Shown here piece by piece: positions 9,907 to 19,110 of a stretch of 64,000 nucleotides of DNA (positions within the stretch are counted from its first letter, which is position 1; the number at the start of each line of letters is the position of its first letter). Below the pieces are notes generated by a model. That model saw only the letters and a list, made by a program, of their open reading frames with translations, ran no database searches and was not told the DNA's origin. A program made the position numbers and the translations under genes. Source of the DNA: an uncultured Croceicoccus sp. (GTDB lineage Bacteria; Pseudomonadota; Alphaproteobacteria; Sphingomonadales; Sphingomonadaceae); assembly GCF_947496385.1 (NCBI RefSeq), contig NZ_CANMCP010000002.1, positions 229,035 through 293,034 of the forward strand, given 5' to 3'.

Positions 9907-9947
9907 ACGTTCATAAATATCTGAACTTTTATGAACGTTAAACGAAC
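9907..9947. promoter_or_regulatory. candidate operator: 11-bp perfect inverted repeat plus GAAC direct repeats in an AT-rich divergent intergenic region
   Basis: acgttcataaa (9907-9917) pairs with tttatgaacgt (9928-9938). GAAC occurs at 9923, 9933 and 9944; the last pair is GAAC-N7-GAAC. Confidence 0.35.
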
Positions 9948-10071
9948 GGAGATGCAATTTTTAAAAAGTTTTTAACGTTTCGGCTTTGCCTATCGCGATG
10001 CCGATGCCTAAGCGCCGCGCCATGACGCGCGTTTCACACCACCGACCTGCCATGTCGAAGATGACTGCACG

Positions 10072-10992
10072 ATGACCGGCGACGCCCCCGCGCCGGTTCG
10101 CAGCGGCCTGCCGCATGCCATCGGCGCCTATACGATGTGGGGGTTCTTTCCCCTCTATCTTGTCCTGCTCAATGCGGTGAACCCCTGGGCGCTGGTCGGC
10201 TGGCGCATATTGTGGACGGTTCCGCTATGCGCGATCCTGCTCAGCCTCAAAGGACAGTGGGGCGCGATCTTCGCCGCCTTGCGCGACCGCCGCGTGCTGA
10301 TCGCGATGGTCGGCAGCTCTGCGTTGGTGAGTGTAAACTGGCTCGTCTATATTTATGCGGTGCAAAGCGGCGCGTTCTATGCCGCGAGCCTTGGCTATTA
10401 CATCAATCCGCTGGTGAACGTGCTGCTGGGCACGGTCGTGCTGAAAGAACGGTTGACCCGGCTGCAATGGCTCGCCGTGGGTCTGGCGGCGGTGGGCATC
10501 GCGATCCTCGCATGGGAGGCGGAGGCAACCTTGTGGATCAGCCTCGTGCTCGCCTTTTCCTTCTCGACCTATGGCCTCATTCGCAAGACGGTGGCGATCG
10601 CGCCGCTGCCGGGTTTGACGGTGGAGGTGATCCTGCTCGCCGTGCCGGCGGGAATCGCGGTCGCGATTGCACCTGCGGGCGCGGCGCAGTTCGGCGATTC
10701 GCTGTCGATCTCGCTGCTGCTGGTGGGTGCGGGTGCGATGACGACCTTTCCCCTGCTGATGTTCGCGACCGCCGCGCGGCGGATGAGCTATTCCGCGCTC
10801 GGCTTCGTGCAGTTCCTTGCGCCGACGATCGTGTTCCTGCTCGCCATGTTCGTGTTCGATCAGCCGCTTCTGATTGCGCAGCTCGTTTGCTTCGTCTTCA
10901 TCTGGACGGCGATCGCGCTGTTCTGCACCGACATCGTGAAGCGCGGCAATGCCACCCGCCGCGCCGCCCGCCAAAGAAAACTGCCCGTATAA
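10072..10992 (+). CDS. rarD: EamA-family transporter RarD
   Basis: 306-aa ORF with 10 predicted TM segments. The N-terminal GAYTMWGFFPLY motif is characteristic of RarD. Confidence 0.85.
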   Translation: MTGDAPAPVRSGLPHAIGAYTMWGFFPLYLVLLNAVNPWALVGWRILWTVPLCAILLSLKGQWGAIFAALRDRRVLIAMVGSSALVSVNWLVYIYAVQSGAFYAASLGYYINPLVNVLLGTVVLKERLTRLQWLAVGLAAVGIAILAWEAEATLWISLVLAFSFSTYGLIRKTVAIAPLPGLTVEVILLAVPAGIAVAIAPAGAAQFGDSLSISLLLVGAGAMTTFPLLMFATAARRMSYSALGFVQFLAPTIVFLLAMFVFDQPLLIAQLVCFVFIWTAIALFCTDIVKRGNATRRAARQRKLPV

Positions 10993-11005
10993 AACCGCGA
11001 GGCCG

Positions 11006-11031
11006 AAGCCGCGCGCCTTTCCGCGCGGCTT
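11006..11031. terminator. hairpin between convergent rarD and pyrC
   Basis: aagccgcgcg / cgcgcggctt stem with a 6-nt loop cctttc. It overlaps the pyrC stop codon. Confidence 0.4.
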
Positions 11032-12358
11032 AGAGCGCGCCTGCAAATCGCAGCGCTTCGCCATTTGCACTATGGCCGAGCTGTCCATCCCACATGGCGG
11101 TGTGCCCGCGGATGATCGTGCCGACGACGCGCCCTTTCAGCTCCATGCCCGTAAACGGCGACCAGCCGCAGCGCGACGCGAGCCATTCCTCGGTAATCGT
11201 GAAGGAGCCCTTGCGGTCGATCACGGTAAAATCGGCGTCGTAACCGGCGGCGATGCGCCCCTTGCCGACCAGGCCGAAGATCCGCTGCACCCCCGCGCTG
11301 GTCATGTCGATCAGCCGGTCGAGAGTCATGCGCCCCTCCGCCACATGGTTCAGCATCAGCGGCAGCAGGGTCTGCACCCCCGGCATGCCCGACGGCGCGT
11401 CGGGATAGGATTTCGCCTTCTCCTCCAGCGTGTGCGGCGCATGGTCGGAGCCGAGCACATCGGGCACGCCCTGCTGCAACCAGTGCCACAGCCCGTCGCG
11501 ATGCGCGGCGCTGCGAATCGGGGGGTTCATCTGCGCATGGGTGCCGAGCCGGGGATAGGCATCCTCCGCCGCGAGCGTGAGATGTTGCGGCGTGACCTCG
11601 CAGCTGGCGATGTCGCGATGCTTGCTGATCTCGGCCAGCTCCGCCGGGGTGGTCACGTGCAGGATGTGGATCGGGCGATTCGCCTCGCGCGCGATGCGCA
11701 GGATGCGGCGGGTGGCGATCATCGCGCTTTCATCGTCGCGCCATACCGGGTGGGAGGACGGATCGTTCGGCACACGCTCCCCCTTGCGGGCGTTCATGCG
11801 GTCCTCGTCCTCGGCATGGATGGCGACGCGGCGCACCCCGGAATTGAGCACGCGGGCCAGATTGTCGTCGTCCGACACCAGCAGGCTGCCGGTGGAGGCA
11901 CCCATGAAGATCTTCACCCCCGCCGTGCCGCGCATCCGCTCCAGCTCGGCCAGATGCTCCGCGTTGTCGGCCGTCGCCCCGATGTAGAACGCATGGTCGC
12001 ACCACATGCGATGATGCGCGCGCGACAGCTTGTCCGTGATGCGTTCGGCGGTGTCGGTGTTGGGATTGGTGTTGGGCATTTCAAAGATCGCGGTGATTCC
12101 GCCCAGAACCGCGGCGCGGCTCCCGGTTTCGAGGTCTTCCTTGTGCTCCAGCCCCGGTTCGCGAAAATGGACCTGACTGTCGATGACGCCGGGCAGGATG
12201 TCGAGCCCTGTGCAATCCACGCTGCGCACGCCGGGAAAATGGCCGATGCCCACGATCTTTCCGTCGCGAATGCCGACATCGCGTTCGACGGGACCAGATG
12301 GCGTGTGGACGGTTCCCCCGCTAAGGGACCATTCGGGCGTGTCATGCGTATCGTTCAT
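11030..12358 (-). CDS. pyrC: dihydroorotase (class I, multifunctional-complex type)
   Basis: 442-aa ORF with the amidohydrolase-fold motifs DSQVHFREPG and GSDHAPH. Confidence 0.85.
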   Translation of the reverse strand: MNDTHDTPEWSLSGGTVHTPSGPVERDVGIRDGKIVGIGHFPGVRSVDCTGLDILPGVIDSQVHFREPGLEHKEDLETGSRAAVLGGITAIFEMPNTNPNTDTAERITDKLSRAHHRMWCDHAFYIGATADNAEHLAELERMRGTAGVKIFMGASTGSLLVSDDDNLARVLNSGVRRVAIHAEDEDRMNARKGERVPNDPSSHPVWRDDESAMIATRRILRIAREANRPIHILHVTTPAELAEISKHRDIASCEVTPQHLTLAAEDAYPRLGTHAQMNPPIRSAAHRDGLWHWLQQGVPDVLGSDHAPHTLEEKAKSYPDAPSGMPGVQTLLPLMLNHVAEGRMTLDRLIDMTSAGVQRIFGLVGKGRIAAGYDADFTVIDRKGSFTITEEWLASRCGWSPFTGMELKGRVVGTIIRGHTAMWDGQLGHSANGEALRFAGAL

Positions 12359-12439
12359 GCCATAGCGATAGACGGCCCCGGCCCATTGGCCAAGACCTGC
12401 CGCGCCCTATCGGACAAGAGACCGCAAGGAAGGACCGAA

Positions 12440-13228
12440 ATGCCCCACGATTCCCGCTCGCCCGACCCCGCGCCGATGCGTGGGCTGGCCACCCGCCTGT
12501 GCGAACGGGCCATCATCCGGCTTTCGGGCGACGACGCGGCCGGCTTTCTTCAGGGGCTGATTACCACCGACGTGACGAAATCGCTCCCGGTGTGGGCTGC
12601 GCTGCTCTCGCCGCAGGGCAAGGTGCTGTTCGATTTCTTCGTCTGGCTTTCGGGCCAGGACATGCTGATCGATTGCGAGGCGGAGCATGCGGACGAATTG
12701 ATCCGGCGCCTCTCGCTCTATCGCCTGCGCCGCAAGATCGACATCGCGGTCGATCCGAAGGTCACGGTCCACTGGAACGCGCATCCGGGCGACGGCGGGG
12801 CGGACGATCCGCGCCTGTCCGCGCTCGGTCAACGCTGGCTCGAACCTGTCGACGAAAGCGATGCGGCATGCGCCGATGCGGCCTATCGCGAACATCGGCT
12901 GTCGCTCGGCGTGACCGAGGGGCGGGCCGAGCTTGGCCATGATCAGACGCTCTGGCTCGAATGCAATGCCGACGAGCTGCACGGGGTGAGCTTCGACAAG
13001 GGCTGCTATATCGGGCAGGAGAACACCGCCCGGATGAACTGGCGGCAGAAGGTGAACCGGCGGCTGACCGTGGTGCCGATACAGCTTTCCGACGAAAAGC
13101 GGCGGCGCATCGCCTATGACGATCTCGGCCTTGCGGTGGATCACCGGCGGGTCGACGATATCGATGCGGACGTCGCGCCGCGCTGGATGGCGAAGGCGCT
13201 GGCGGCGGGCAACGCCGACACGGCCTAA
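12440..13228 (+). CDS. ygfZ: folate-binding Fe-S cluster repair / tRNA-modification protein YgfZ (CAF17 family)
   Basis: Final 262 codons of ORF 10949..13228. ATG 12440 is preceded by AAGGAAGGA. It has the conserved KGCYIGQE motif. Confidence 0.8.
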   Translation: MPHDSRSPDPAPMRGLATRLCERAIIRLSGDDAAGFLQGLITTDVTKSLPVWAALLSPQGKVLFDFFVWLSGQDMLIDCEAEHADELIRRLSLYRLRRKIDIAVDPKVTVHWNAHPGDGGADDPRLSALGQRWLEPVDESDAACADAAYREHRLSLGVTEGRAELGHDQTLWLECNADELHGVSFDKGCYIGQENTARMNWRQKVNRRLTVVPIQLSDEKRRRIAYDDLGLAVDHRRVDDIDADVAPRWMAKALAAGNADTA

Positions 13229-13812
13229 ACGCCGGCGATCGCCTCCTCGGGAAGCATGGCGAGCAATTGCCGCTCCGCCATGTCGCGCGCTGCATCGTTC
13301 GGCAGGTCGAGCGAGGCCGCCAGCGCATCGCCCATCGTCGCCTGGCCGAGCGCGAGCAGCACGAGCATCATCGTCGCCTCGCGGATGGGGCGCGTATCCT
13401 CACCCGGCGCGATATTGTCGACGAGCGTGTGAATCGCCTCGAACACGGGATCAAGCGCATCCTCGTTCCCCGAAAGCAGCATCCAGCTCGCCAACGCGCC
13501 CGCCCCCTCGCGCCCGAACGCATCGAAGACCAGATCGACCACCTCGCGCGCGCTCCCGTGCCCGGCCCGGCGCGCGGCGATCGCCTCCGCAATGATCGTG
13601 CACACCGTCGTCGCGAGATAGCCGGCCAGTGCCTTCTGCAGGCCCGCCGCGCTCCCGAAATGGTGGAGAAGGTTGGAATGGGTGCGCCCGATCCGCCCCG
13701 CGACCGCCTTCAACGTGACGGCCTGGGGCCCGCTTTCGACCAGCAGCGCGCGCGCCGCATCGAGCGCGGCACGGCGGCTGTCTTCGGGGCTCAGGCGCTT
13801 CCTTATTGACAT
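13225..13812 (-). CDS. TetR/AcrR family transcriptional regulator
   Basis: 195-aa ORF with an N-terminal HTH (VTLKAVAGRIGRTHSNLLHHFGS). Confidence 0.85.
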   Translation of the reverse strand: MSIRKRLSPEDSRRAALDAARALLVESGPQAVTLKAVAGRIGRTHSNLLHHFGSAAGLQKALAGYLATTVCTIIAEAIAARRAGHGSAREVVDLVFDAFGREGAGALASWMLLSGNEDALDPVFEAIHTLVDNIAPGEDTRPIREATMMLVLLALGQATMGDALAASLDLPNDAARDMAERQLLAMLPEEAIAGV

Positions 13813-13840
13813 CTATGTAAGTCCATCCCATTCTCTGGTC

Positions 13841-14743
13841 ATGGCCCATAGCAACATCACGCCCGATTTGACAGCGACCGCACCCGCCGGCCTGGCGCCG
13901 CCCGTCGCGATCCAGATTCGTAACCGCCGTTTCAAGCGCGGCGAGCCAGCACAGCGCTGGTGGGCGGGGGGCGACCCGTTCGCGACCGCCGTGTTCAACT
14001 CGCTGTCGATCACCTTTCCCAAGGGCGAGGCGTATTTCATCGAATCGGTGAAGGCGCATCGCGAGGGCGCCCCGCCCGAACTCGCCGCGCAAATCCGCGA
14101 TTTCGTGACACAGGAAGTCAATCACACGCGCGAACACGTCGCCTTCAACAAGGCGGTGACGAACGCAGGTTACGACATCACCGACCTGGAACGGCAGGTG
14201 GACGAGGATCTTGCCGAGGCGCGCCAGCGGCCCGTGATTTTCAATCTCGCCGCGACCATGGCGCTCGAACATTTCACGGCGATGTTCGCCCATCAATTGC
14301 TCGCCGATCCGCGGCATCTGCGCGGAGTCGAAGGCGATGCCGCCGATCTGTGGCGCTGGCACGCGGTCGAGGAGATCGAGCACAAGGGCGTCGCCTACGA
14401 TACCTATGCCCATGCCACGCGCGACTGGAGCCGGTGGAAACGTTACAAGCTGAAATCCCTGATGATGCTGCTGGTGACGAAGAATTTCCTGTCGCGGCGA
14501 TATCGCGGGGCGATCGAACTGCTGCGTCAGGACGGCATCACCGGCCCGCGCGCGCATCTCGGCGTGCTGCGCCATGCGCTGATCTCGCCGGGCATCCTGC
14601 GCAAGGCGATCCCGGACTGGCTATCCTATTTCAAGCCGGGCTTTCACCCCTGGAACCTCGACGACAGCCATCTGCTCGCACACTATGACGCGGGGGCCGA
14701 CACTATCGCCCCCCATGCGCCCGGCGACACCGCCGCGGCCTAG
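13841..14743 (+). CDS. metal-dependent hydrolase (PF10118-like)
   Basis: ATG 13841 (MAHSNITPD...) inside ORF 13673..14743. It has the NSLSITFPKGEAYF and WHAVEEIEHKGVAYD motifs and is divergent from the TetR gene with a 28-bp spacer. Confidence 0.65.
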   Translation: MAHSNITPDLTATAPAGLAPPVAIQIRNRRFKRGEPAQRWWAGGDPFATAVFNSLSITFPKGEAYFIESVKAHREGAPPELAAQIRDFVTQEVNHTREHVAFNKAVTNAGYDITDLERQVDEDLAEARQRPVIFNLAATMALEHFTAMFAHQLLADPRHLRGVEGDAADLWRWHAVEEIEHKGVAYDTYAHATRDWSRWKRYKLKSLMMLLVTKNFLSRRYRGAIELLRQDGITGPRAHLGVLRHALISPGILRKAIPDWLSYFKPGFHPWNLDDSHLLAHYDAGADTIAPHAPGDTAAA

Positions 14744-15150
14744 GCGGCGATAAGGTCCGGCGTACGCATCGCACGCTGCCCGCCGTCCGGCGCGGGCAGC
14801 ACCTGCGCCAAGCTGGCGAGCGCCGCCTCGATCTCCGCATCGAGACCGAGATTACGATAGGCCGGGGCGAGCCAGGCCGCCTTTTTCCACCCGTCCCCAT
14901 GCGCGCGCAGCGTCGCCGCGCCGATGATCCGCGCGCCCGCATGCGGCATCGTCACGACGAGCGCGTGCCGCTCCGCATCGTGCGCGGGGTTCGGCCCGTG
15001 CGGGAGGTCGAACGCCGCCGGCGCGTTCAGATGGTGCAGACGCGGCGCATCCTCGACCCAGGCGGGCCGCAGGAACAGGGTTTCGCTTCGGATGAACACT
15101 TCGCTTCTCCCGGATACAGGGCATGTATAGCCGCCCTGCATTGCAATCAT
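14740..15150 (-). CDS. short GNAT-like acetyltransferase-fold protein (start uncertain)
   Basis: ATG 15150 inside ORF 14740..15285. The LFLRPAWVEDAPRL N-terminus and its position downstream of rpmA match the GNAT gene usually found there in alphaproteobacteria. It is short for the family. Confidence 0.45.
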   Translation of the reverse strand: MIAMQGGYTCPVSGRSEVFIRSETLFLRPAWVEDAPRLHHLNAPAAFDLPHGPNPAHDAERHALVVTMPHAGARIIGAATLRAHGDGWKKAAWLAPAYRNLGLDAEIEAALASLAQVLPAPDGGQRAMRTPDLIAA

Positions 15151-15297
15151 GTGGCAGCGGGAATGCTGCCCCAGGCGGATTTCGGGAAGAGCCAAGAAAA
15201 AAGGGAGACGGAGCCGTGGCCCCTCTCCCCTGTTTCGTCCGGCTGCGTCATGCGCCGGAAGGGCCACCCCGTCGGGACGGCCCATATACGACCGTCG

Positions 15298-15567
15298 TTA
15301 TTCGGCAGCTTCTGCCATTACGTCGACGGATACGTATTTGCGGCCGAGCTTGCCGTCATGGAAACGCACGCGCCCTTCGCCCAGCGCGAACAGCGTGTGG
15401 TCCTTGCCGATGCCGACATTGGTGCCGGGATAGAACTTCGTACCGCGCTGGCGCACGATGATGTTACCGCCGATGACGTTCTCGCCGCCGAACTTCTTGA
15501 CGCCGAGGCGGCGGCCAGCCGAATCGCGACCGTTCCGCGAAGAGCCGCCTGCTTTTTTATGTGCCAT
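15298..15567 (-). CDS. rpmA: 50S ribosomal protein L27
   Basis: 89 aa, [16 protein letters not shown]..., an unmistakable L27. Confidence 0.97.
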   Translation of the reverse strand: MAHKKAGGSSRNGRDSAGRRLGVKKFGGENVIGGNIIVRQRGTKFYPGTNVGIGKDHTLFALGEGRVRFHDGKLGRKYVSVDVMAEAAE

Positions 15568-15607
15568 GGTGAACTGTCCTTCGAATTATCGGGTTCGCGG
15601 CGCGGGC

Positions 15608-15946
15608 TCAGGCCGCGTCGTCGGTCTTCTTCGCGGCCTTCTTGGCGCCGCTCCCGACCGAGGTGATGCGCAGGAGGGTCATCTGCTGACGGTGGCCCTG
15701 CTTGCGGCGATAGTTGTGACGGCGACGCTTTTTAAAGACGACGACCTTCTCCGACTTCGCCTGCGCGATGATTTCCGCCGATACGGTCACCTTGCCGGCA
15801 TCCGAAAGCTCGGCACCTTCGCCGGCCAGCAGGACATCGCCCAGCGTGATCGTGTCACCGGCCTCGCCAGCCAGCTTCTCGACAGCGATCTTGTCTCCCT
15901 CGGCGACGCGATACTGCTTGCCGCCAGTGCGCACGATTGCGAACAT
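15608..15946 (-). CDS. rplU: 50S ribosomal protein L21
   Basis: ATG 15946 ([14 protein letters not shown]...) inside ORF 15608..16417. It encodes 112 aa. Confidence 0.95.
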   Translation of the reverse strand: MFAIVRTGGKQYRVAEGDKIAVEKLAGEAGDTITLGDVLLAGEGAELSDAGKVTVSAEIIAQAKSEKVVVFKKRRRHNYRRKQGHRQQMTLLRITSVGSGAKKAAKKTDDAA

Positions 15947-16088
15947 GTTAGTCAAATCCGTTTCTTGCTGCCCTTCACGATCCTTACGCGGAATACGACC
16001 GATCGGTCCCATCCCAGGCAAAAGAATCGCTACGGGCAATGAACCGGCATAGGCACCGCCATGTGCGCACCGCCGGATTGAGTGGCGC

Positions 16089-16117
16089 CCGATACGCAAC
16101 ATCGCCGCCCGTGTCAA
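16089..16117 (-). promoter_or_regulatory. candidate sigma70-type promoter for rplU-rpmA (TTGACA-N17-TATCGG)
   Basis: Minus strand reads TTGACA (16117-16112), 17 nt, then TATCGG (16094-16089), about 145 nt upstream of the rplU ATG. This is a motif match only. Confidence 0.3.
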
Positions 16118-16195
16118 CGCGTAAGGGGGCGAAAAGCGCGCATGATCCGACGGAACGCTTCCCACGCTGGCGGGACATGCTATGGCACGAAACCC

Positions 16196-16708
16196 ATGTC
16201 GATACAGCCTCGCCCCGCCCTGCTCGCCCTTTCGATCGCCGCCGCCTCCCTTGCCGGATGTGCGAAGGATACGGGGGAATATCCCTCGCTCGAACGCCGG
16301 CCCATCGAACGGGCGGGCGCGATCGGCGCACCGACCCCGCCGCCGCCGCCCGCGCCGCTTTCCCCCGAATTGCCGGCCCGTCTCGACGCTCTCGCCGCGC
16401 AGGCGCGTGCGGCCCATGCGCGTTTCGTGGATCAGTTGCCCGCCGCCCGCCGCCGCATCCGCGAAGGATCGCGCGCCCCCATCGGCAGCGACGCCTGGGG
16501 CGATGCGCAGGTCGCGCTCGCCAGCCTTGAATCGGCGCGGAGCCAGACCATGCTGCCGCTGGCCGATCTCGACCTGCTGCTCACCGAACGCGCGGCGCAG
16601 GAGCTGGCGCGCGATGTGATGCGAATCGTCGCCACGCGCGACATGGTGGCTTCACTCGTCGCCGAAGAGGATGCCGCGCTCGACGCGCTCGGCCCGCCGC
16701 GCGCATGA
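16196..16708 (+). CDS. hypothetical lipoprotein
   Basis: ATG 16196 inside ORF 16082..16708. It has the signal/lipobox [13 protein letters not shown], a Pro-rich linker, then a helical Ala/Leu-rich region. Confidence 0.6.
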   Translation: MSIQPRPALLALSIAAASLAGCAKDTGEYPSLERRPIERAGAIGAPTPPPPPAPLSPELPARLDALAAQARAAHARFVDQLPAARRRIREGSRAPIGSDAWGDAQVALASLESARSQTMLPLADLDLLLTERAAQELARDVMRIVATRDMVASLVAEEDAALDALGPPRA

Positions 16709-16713
16709 AAAAA

Positions 16714-16744
16714 GGCGCGGAACCGGAAGGATCCGGTCCGCGCC
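16714..16744. terminator. intrinsic terminator hairpin between convergent genes
   Basis: ggcgcggaaccgg / ccggtccgcgcc stem with one bulge. An A6 run upstream gives a T-run for the minus-strand gene. Confidence 0.5.
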
Positions 16745-16772
16745 AGTCGGGAGAGATCTGTACGCCGCCGGG

Positions 16773-17237
16773 CTAGCCGACCATGGCGCGGATGGTGACG
16801 ATGCCCACGCCCCAGCCAAGGATCAGCACCGGCAGGATGACGACCTGCACCGTTGCGGCTCCTGCCTCCATGCGCCCGGTCATGGTCATGATCCCGTCGC
16901 GGCGGAACGCGGCCCAGTCGAGGGGACGGTCGCCATGGTCCGGCTTCATCCGCACCCAGAGTGCCGGCACGCCGAAACCGGCGATGACGAACAGGAAGAA
17001 GATCGCCATCGGAATGGCGAGGCCCGGTGCCGACAGCCCCAGCCCCATCACCGCGAGATAGGCGAGATAGGCCCCGACGGTGACCGCGTAGAGGCCGGTC
17101 GGCAATTCGAAGCTGCGGTCGACATGCGTGCGCGCGCCGCCATGTTCGGCGAGCGCAACGGACGCGATCGCGGCGGGCAGTTCGGTATGGACGAAGGCTC
17201 GTTCGGTTACGAGCTGACGGCTCAATTTCATGCTCAT
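16773..17237 (-). CDS. hypothetical integral membrane protein (3-4 TM)
   Basis: 154-aa ORF with hydrophobic segments LYAVTVGAYLAYLAVMGLGL, MAIFFLFVIAGFGVPALW and VVILPVLILGWGVGIV. I recognise no family. Confidence 0.55.
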   Translation of the reverse strand: MSMKLSRQLVTERAFVHTELPAAIASVALAEHGGARTHVDRSFELPTGLYAVTVGAYLAYLAVMGLGLSAPGLAIPMAIFFLFVIAGFGVPALWVRMKPDHGDRPLDWAAFRRDGIMTMTGRMEAGAATVQVVILPVLILGWGVGIVTIRAMVG

Positions 17238-17323
17238 CGTGCATCTCCTGCGTGATGGGCATGATCTATCGCGGCGGCGGGCCCGATTCCTTGATCCGGA
17301 TCAAAGCGTGAAGATTATGCGCC

Positions 17324-17821
17324 TCAGGGGATATGCGCCCACCGGGCGAGATCGGCGCGATCCTCGTCGCGCGGCTCGATCCAGCGCCAGCCCGCCGCCG
17401 TATGCTCGCGTTTCCAGAACCACGCGCGACTCTTGAGATGATCCATGAGGAAATCCGCCGCGGCAAAGGCATCGCGGCGATGGCGCGCGGCGCATGCGAC
17501 GAGCACGATGGCGTCGCCCGGCCGCATCTGCCCCACGCGGTGCAGGGCCATGACCCCCGCCAGCGGCCAATGCGCAAGGGCGCGGTCCGCAAGCGCCTCC
17601 ATCCCCGGAACGGTCAACGGCCCGAAATGCCGCAGCTCCAGCATGTCGACAGCGGCATCGCCGGCCTCGCGCCGAACCTGGCCGAGGAAGCTGACGATTC
17701 CGCCCGCCGCGTCATGCGCCGCCGAAAATTGCGCCATCTCGCGGGACGGATCGAAATCCCGCTCGATCAGCCGGACATCGCGCACCGGGCTATCCCCCGC
17801 TGACGGGTGGGAGGAAGGCAA
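17324..17821 (-). CDS. moaE: molybdopterin synthase catalytic subunit MoaE
   Basis: 165-aa ORF whose pattern (IVSFLGQVR..., LHRVGQMRPGDAIVLVACAARHR, WFWKRE) is MoaE-like. ATG 17821 overlaps moaD by 32 nt. GTG 17785, 5 nt after the moaD stop, is an equally plausible start. Confidence 0.85.
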   Translation of the reverse strand: MPSSHPSAGDSPVRDVRLIERDFDPSREMAQFSAAHDAAGGIVSFLGQVRREAGDAAVDMLELRHFGPLTVPGMEALADRALAHWPLAGVMALHRVGQMRPGDAIVLVACAARHRRDAFAAADFLMDHLKSRAWFWKREHTAAGWRWIEPRDEDRADLARWAHIP

Positions 17822-18032
17822 GCTCGTCCCCGTCGCCCGCGCGCCAGTCGTCTCCGGCGACGATGACGCCGTTCAACGCGATCTTCGTGGTGGGATCGCT
17901 GATCTGCGCCGCGAGATCCGCGTCAAACTGTGCGCAAATCTGCGAAAGCGTGACCGGCGCGGCGACGTCGACGTGCCGCTCAGGCCCGCCGGCCACATCC
18001 TCGAGCCGGCCCAGGAACAACAGTGTCAGCAT
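17790..18032 (-). CDS. moaD: molybdopterin synthase sulfur-carrier subunit MoaD
   Basis: 80 aa, ubiquitin-like, ending in the obligatory C-terminal GG. Confidence 0.85.
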   Translation of the reverse strand: MLTLLFLGRLEDVAGGPERHVDVAAPVTLSQICAQFDADLAAQISDPTTKIALNGVIVAGDDWRAGDGDELAFLPPVSGG

Positions 18033-18036
18033 GAAC

Positions 18037-19059
18037 TCAACCGCCGGTCATCGACATGTGGCGGGCAAGCGCCGGCGCTTCACCCGATTCGCGAATGGCG
18101 AAATGGTGGCGTTCCGGCTTGATCGCCATCGCCAGATTCAATGCGTCGTCAAGCGCGCGATCGGGATCGTCGGACCGGACCGCGGCGCGCAGGTCGACCT
18201 GCTCCTGCCCGCCGAGACAGGCGTAGAGCTGCCCGGTAGCGGTCACGCGCACACGGTTGCACCCGGCACAGAAATTCTGCGTCAGCGGCGTGATAAGCCC
18301 GAGCCGCCCGCCCGTCTCCGCAATGTCCCAGTAGCGCGCCGGACCGCCGGTGCGGTGCCCGCTTTCGCGCAGGGTCCAGCGCCGGTTCAATTCGTCCTGT
18401 ATCACGGTGAGCGGCAGGTAATGGTCGATCCGTTCGCCATCCACCTCGCCCAGCGGCATGACCTCGATGAGCGTAATATCGTGCCCCTCTCCATGGGCCC
18501 AAGCGATGATGTCGGGAATTTCCGCCTCGTTGATACCCTTCAAGGCGACCGTGTTGAGCTTGACCCGAAGCCCGGCCTGTTTCGCCGCCGCAATGCCCGC
18601 CAACACGTCGTCGAGCCGGTCCCGCCGCGACAGCGCCGCGAATTTTCGCGGGTCGAGCGTATCGAGCGAAACATTCACCCGCCGCACGCCCGCATCGGCC
18701 AGCCCGTCCGCAAATTCGGCAAGCCGGGTCGCATTGGTCGTGAGCGTCAGTTCGTCGAGCCCGTCGCCGAGCCGCCGCCCCAGCGCACGGGTCAGCTCCA
18801 TCATGTCCCGCCGCACCAGCGGTTCGCCGCCAGTCAGCCGGATCTTGCGCACGCCGCGGTCGATGAAGCCCAGCGCCACGCGGTGTAATTCCTCGAGGCT
18901 GAGCACTTCCTTGCGTGGCAGGAACTGCATCCGTTCGGGCATGCAATACTGACACCGCAGATCGCACCGGTCGGTCACCGACAGGCGCAGATAGGTGATG
19001 GCCCGTTGAAACTGGTCCACCAGCGGGGCGTTTCGGATCGTCGGTTCGGGCTTGGCCAT
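18037..19059 (-). CDS. moaA: GTP 3',8-cyclase MoaA (radical SAM)
   Basis: ORF 18037..19095 with the CDLRCQYCMP radical-SAM cluster motif and a C-terminal GG. ATG 19059 (MAKPEP...) is preferred over 19095. Confidence 0.9.
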   Translation of the reverse strand: MAKPEPTIRNAPLVDQFQRAITYLRLSVTDRCDLRCQYCMPERMQFLPRKEVLSLEELHRVALGFIDRGVRKIRLTGGEPLVRRDMMELTRALGRRLGDGLDELTLTTNATRLAEFADGLADAGVRRVNVSLDTLDPRKFAALSRRDRLDDVLAGIAAAKQAGLRVKLNTVALKGINEAEIPDIIAWAHGEGHDITLIEVMPLGEVDGERIDHYLPLTVIQDELNRRWTLRESGHRTGGPARYWDIAETGGRLGLITPLTQNFCAGCNRVRVTATGQLYACLGGQEQVDLRAAVRSDDPDRALDDALNLAMAIKPERHHFAIRESGEAPALARHMSMTGG

Positions 19060-19110
19060 GCGGTCCGTTCTGTCACAAGAGGCGCGCGAAGGCAAAACGC
19101 GCGCTTGCGC

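Noticed and set aside
9902-9917. Sigma-54-like -24 element TGGCACG
   Set aside because: The -12 position reads TAAA rather than TTGC(A/T), so the promoter motif is incomplete.
10949-12439. N-terminal two-thirds of the 759-aa ORF 10949..13228
   Set aside because: This part is antisense to pyrC and looks like non-protein sequence. Only the last 262 codons, from ATG 12440 with a good SD, match YgfZ.
13225-13228. Convergent gene pairs share overlapping stop codons: CTAA at 13225-13228, CTAG at 14740-14743 and CTAG at 53576-53579
   Set aside because: I considered these as possible antisense or termination-interference signals. Such 4-nt convergent overlaps are common in compact high-GC genomes, and nothing else marks these sites.
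19060-19110. Possible Moco riboswitch upstream of moaA
   Set aside because: The spacer is only about 51 nt, far shorter than the ~130-150-nt Moco RNA motif. It contains just one GC-rich hairpin. The sequence upstream of it reads as a protein-coding ORF with high GC3.
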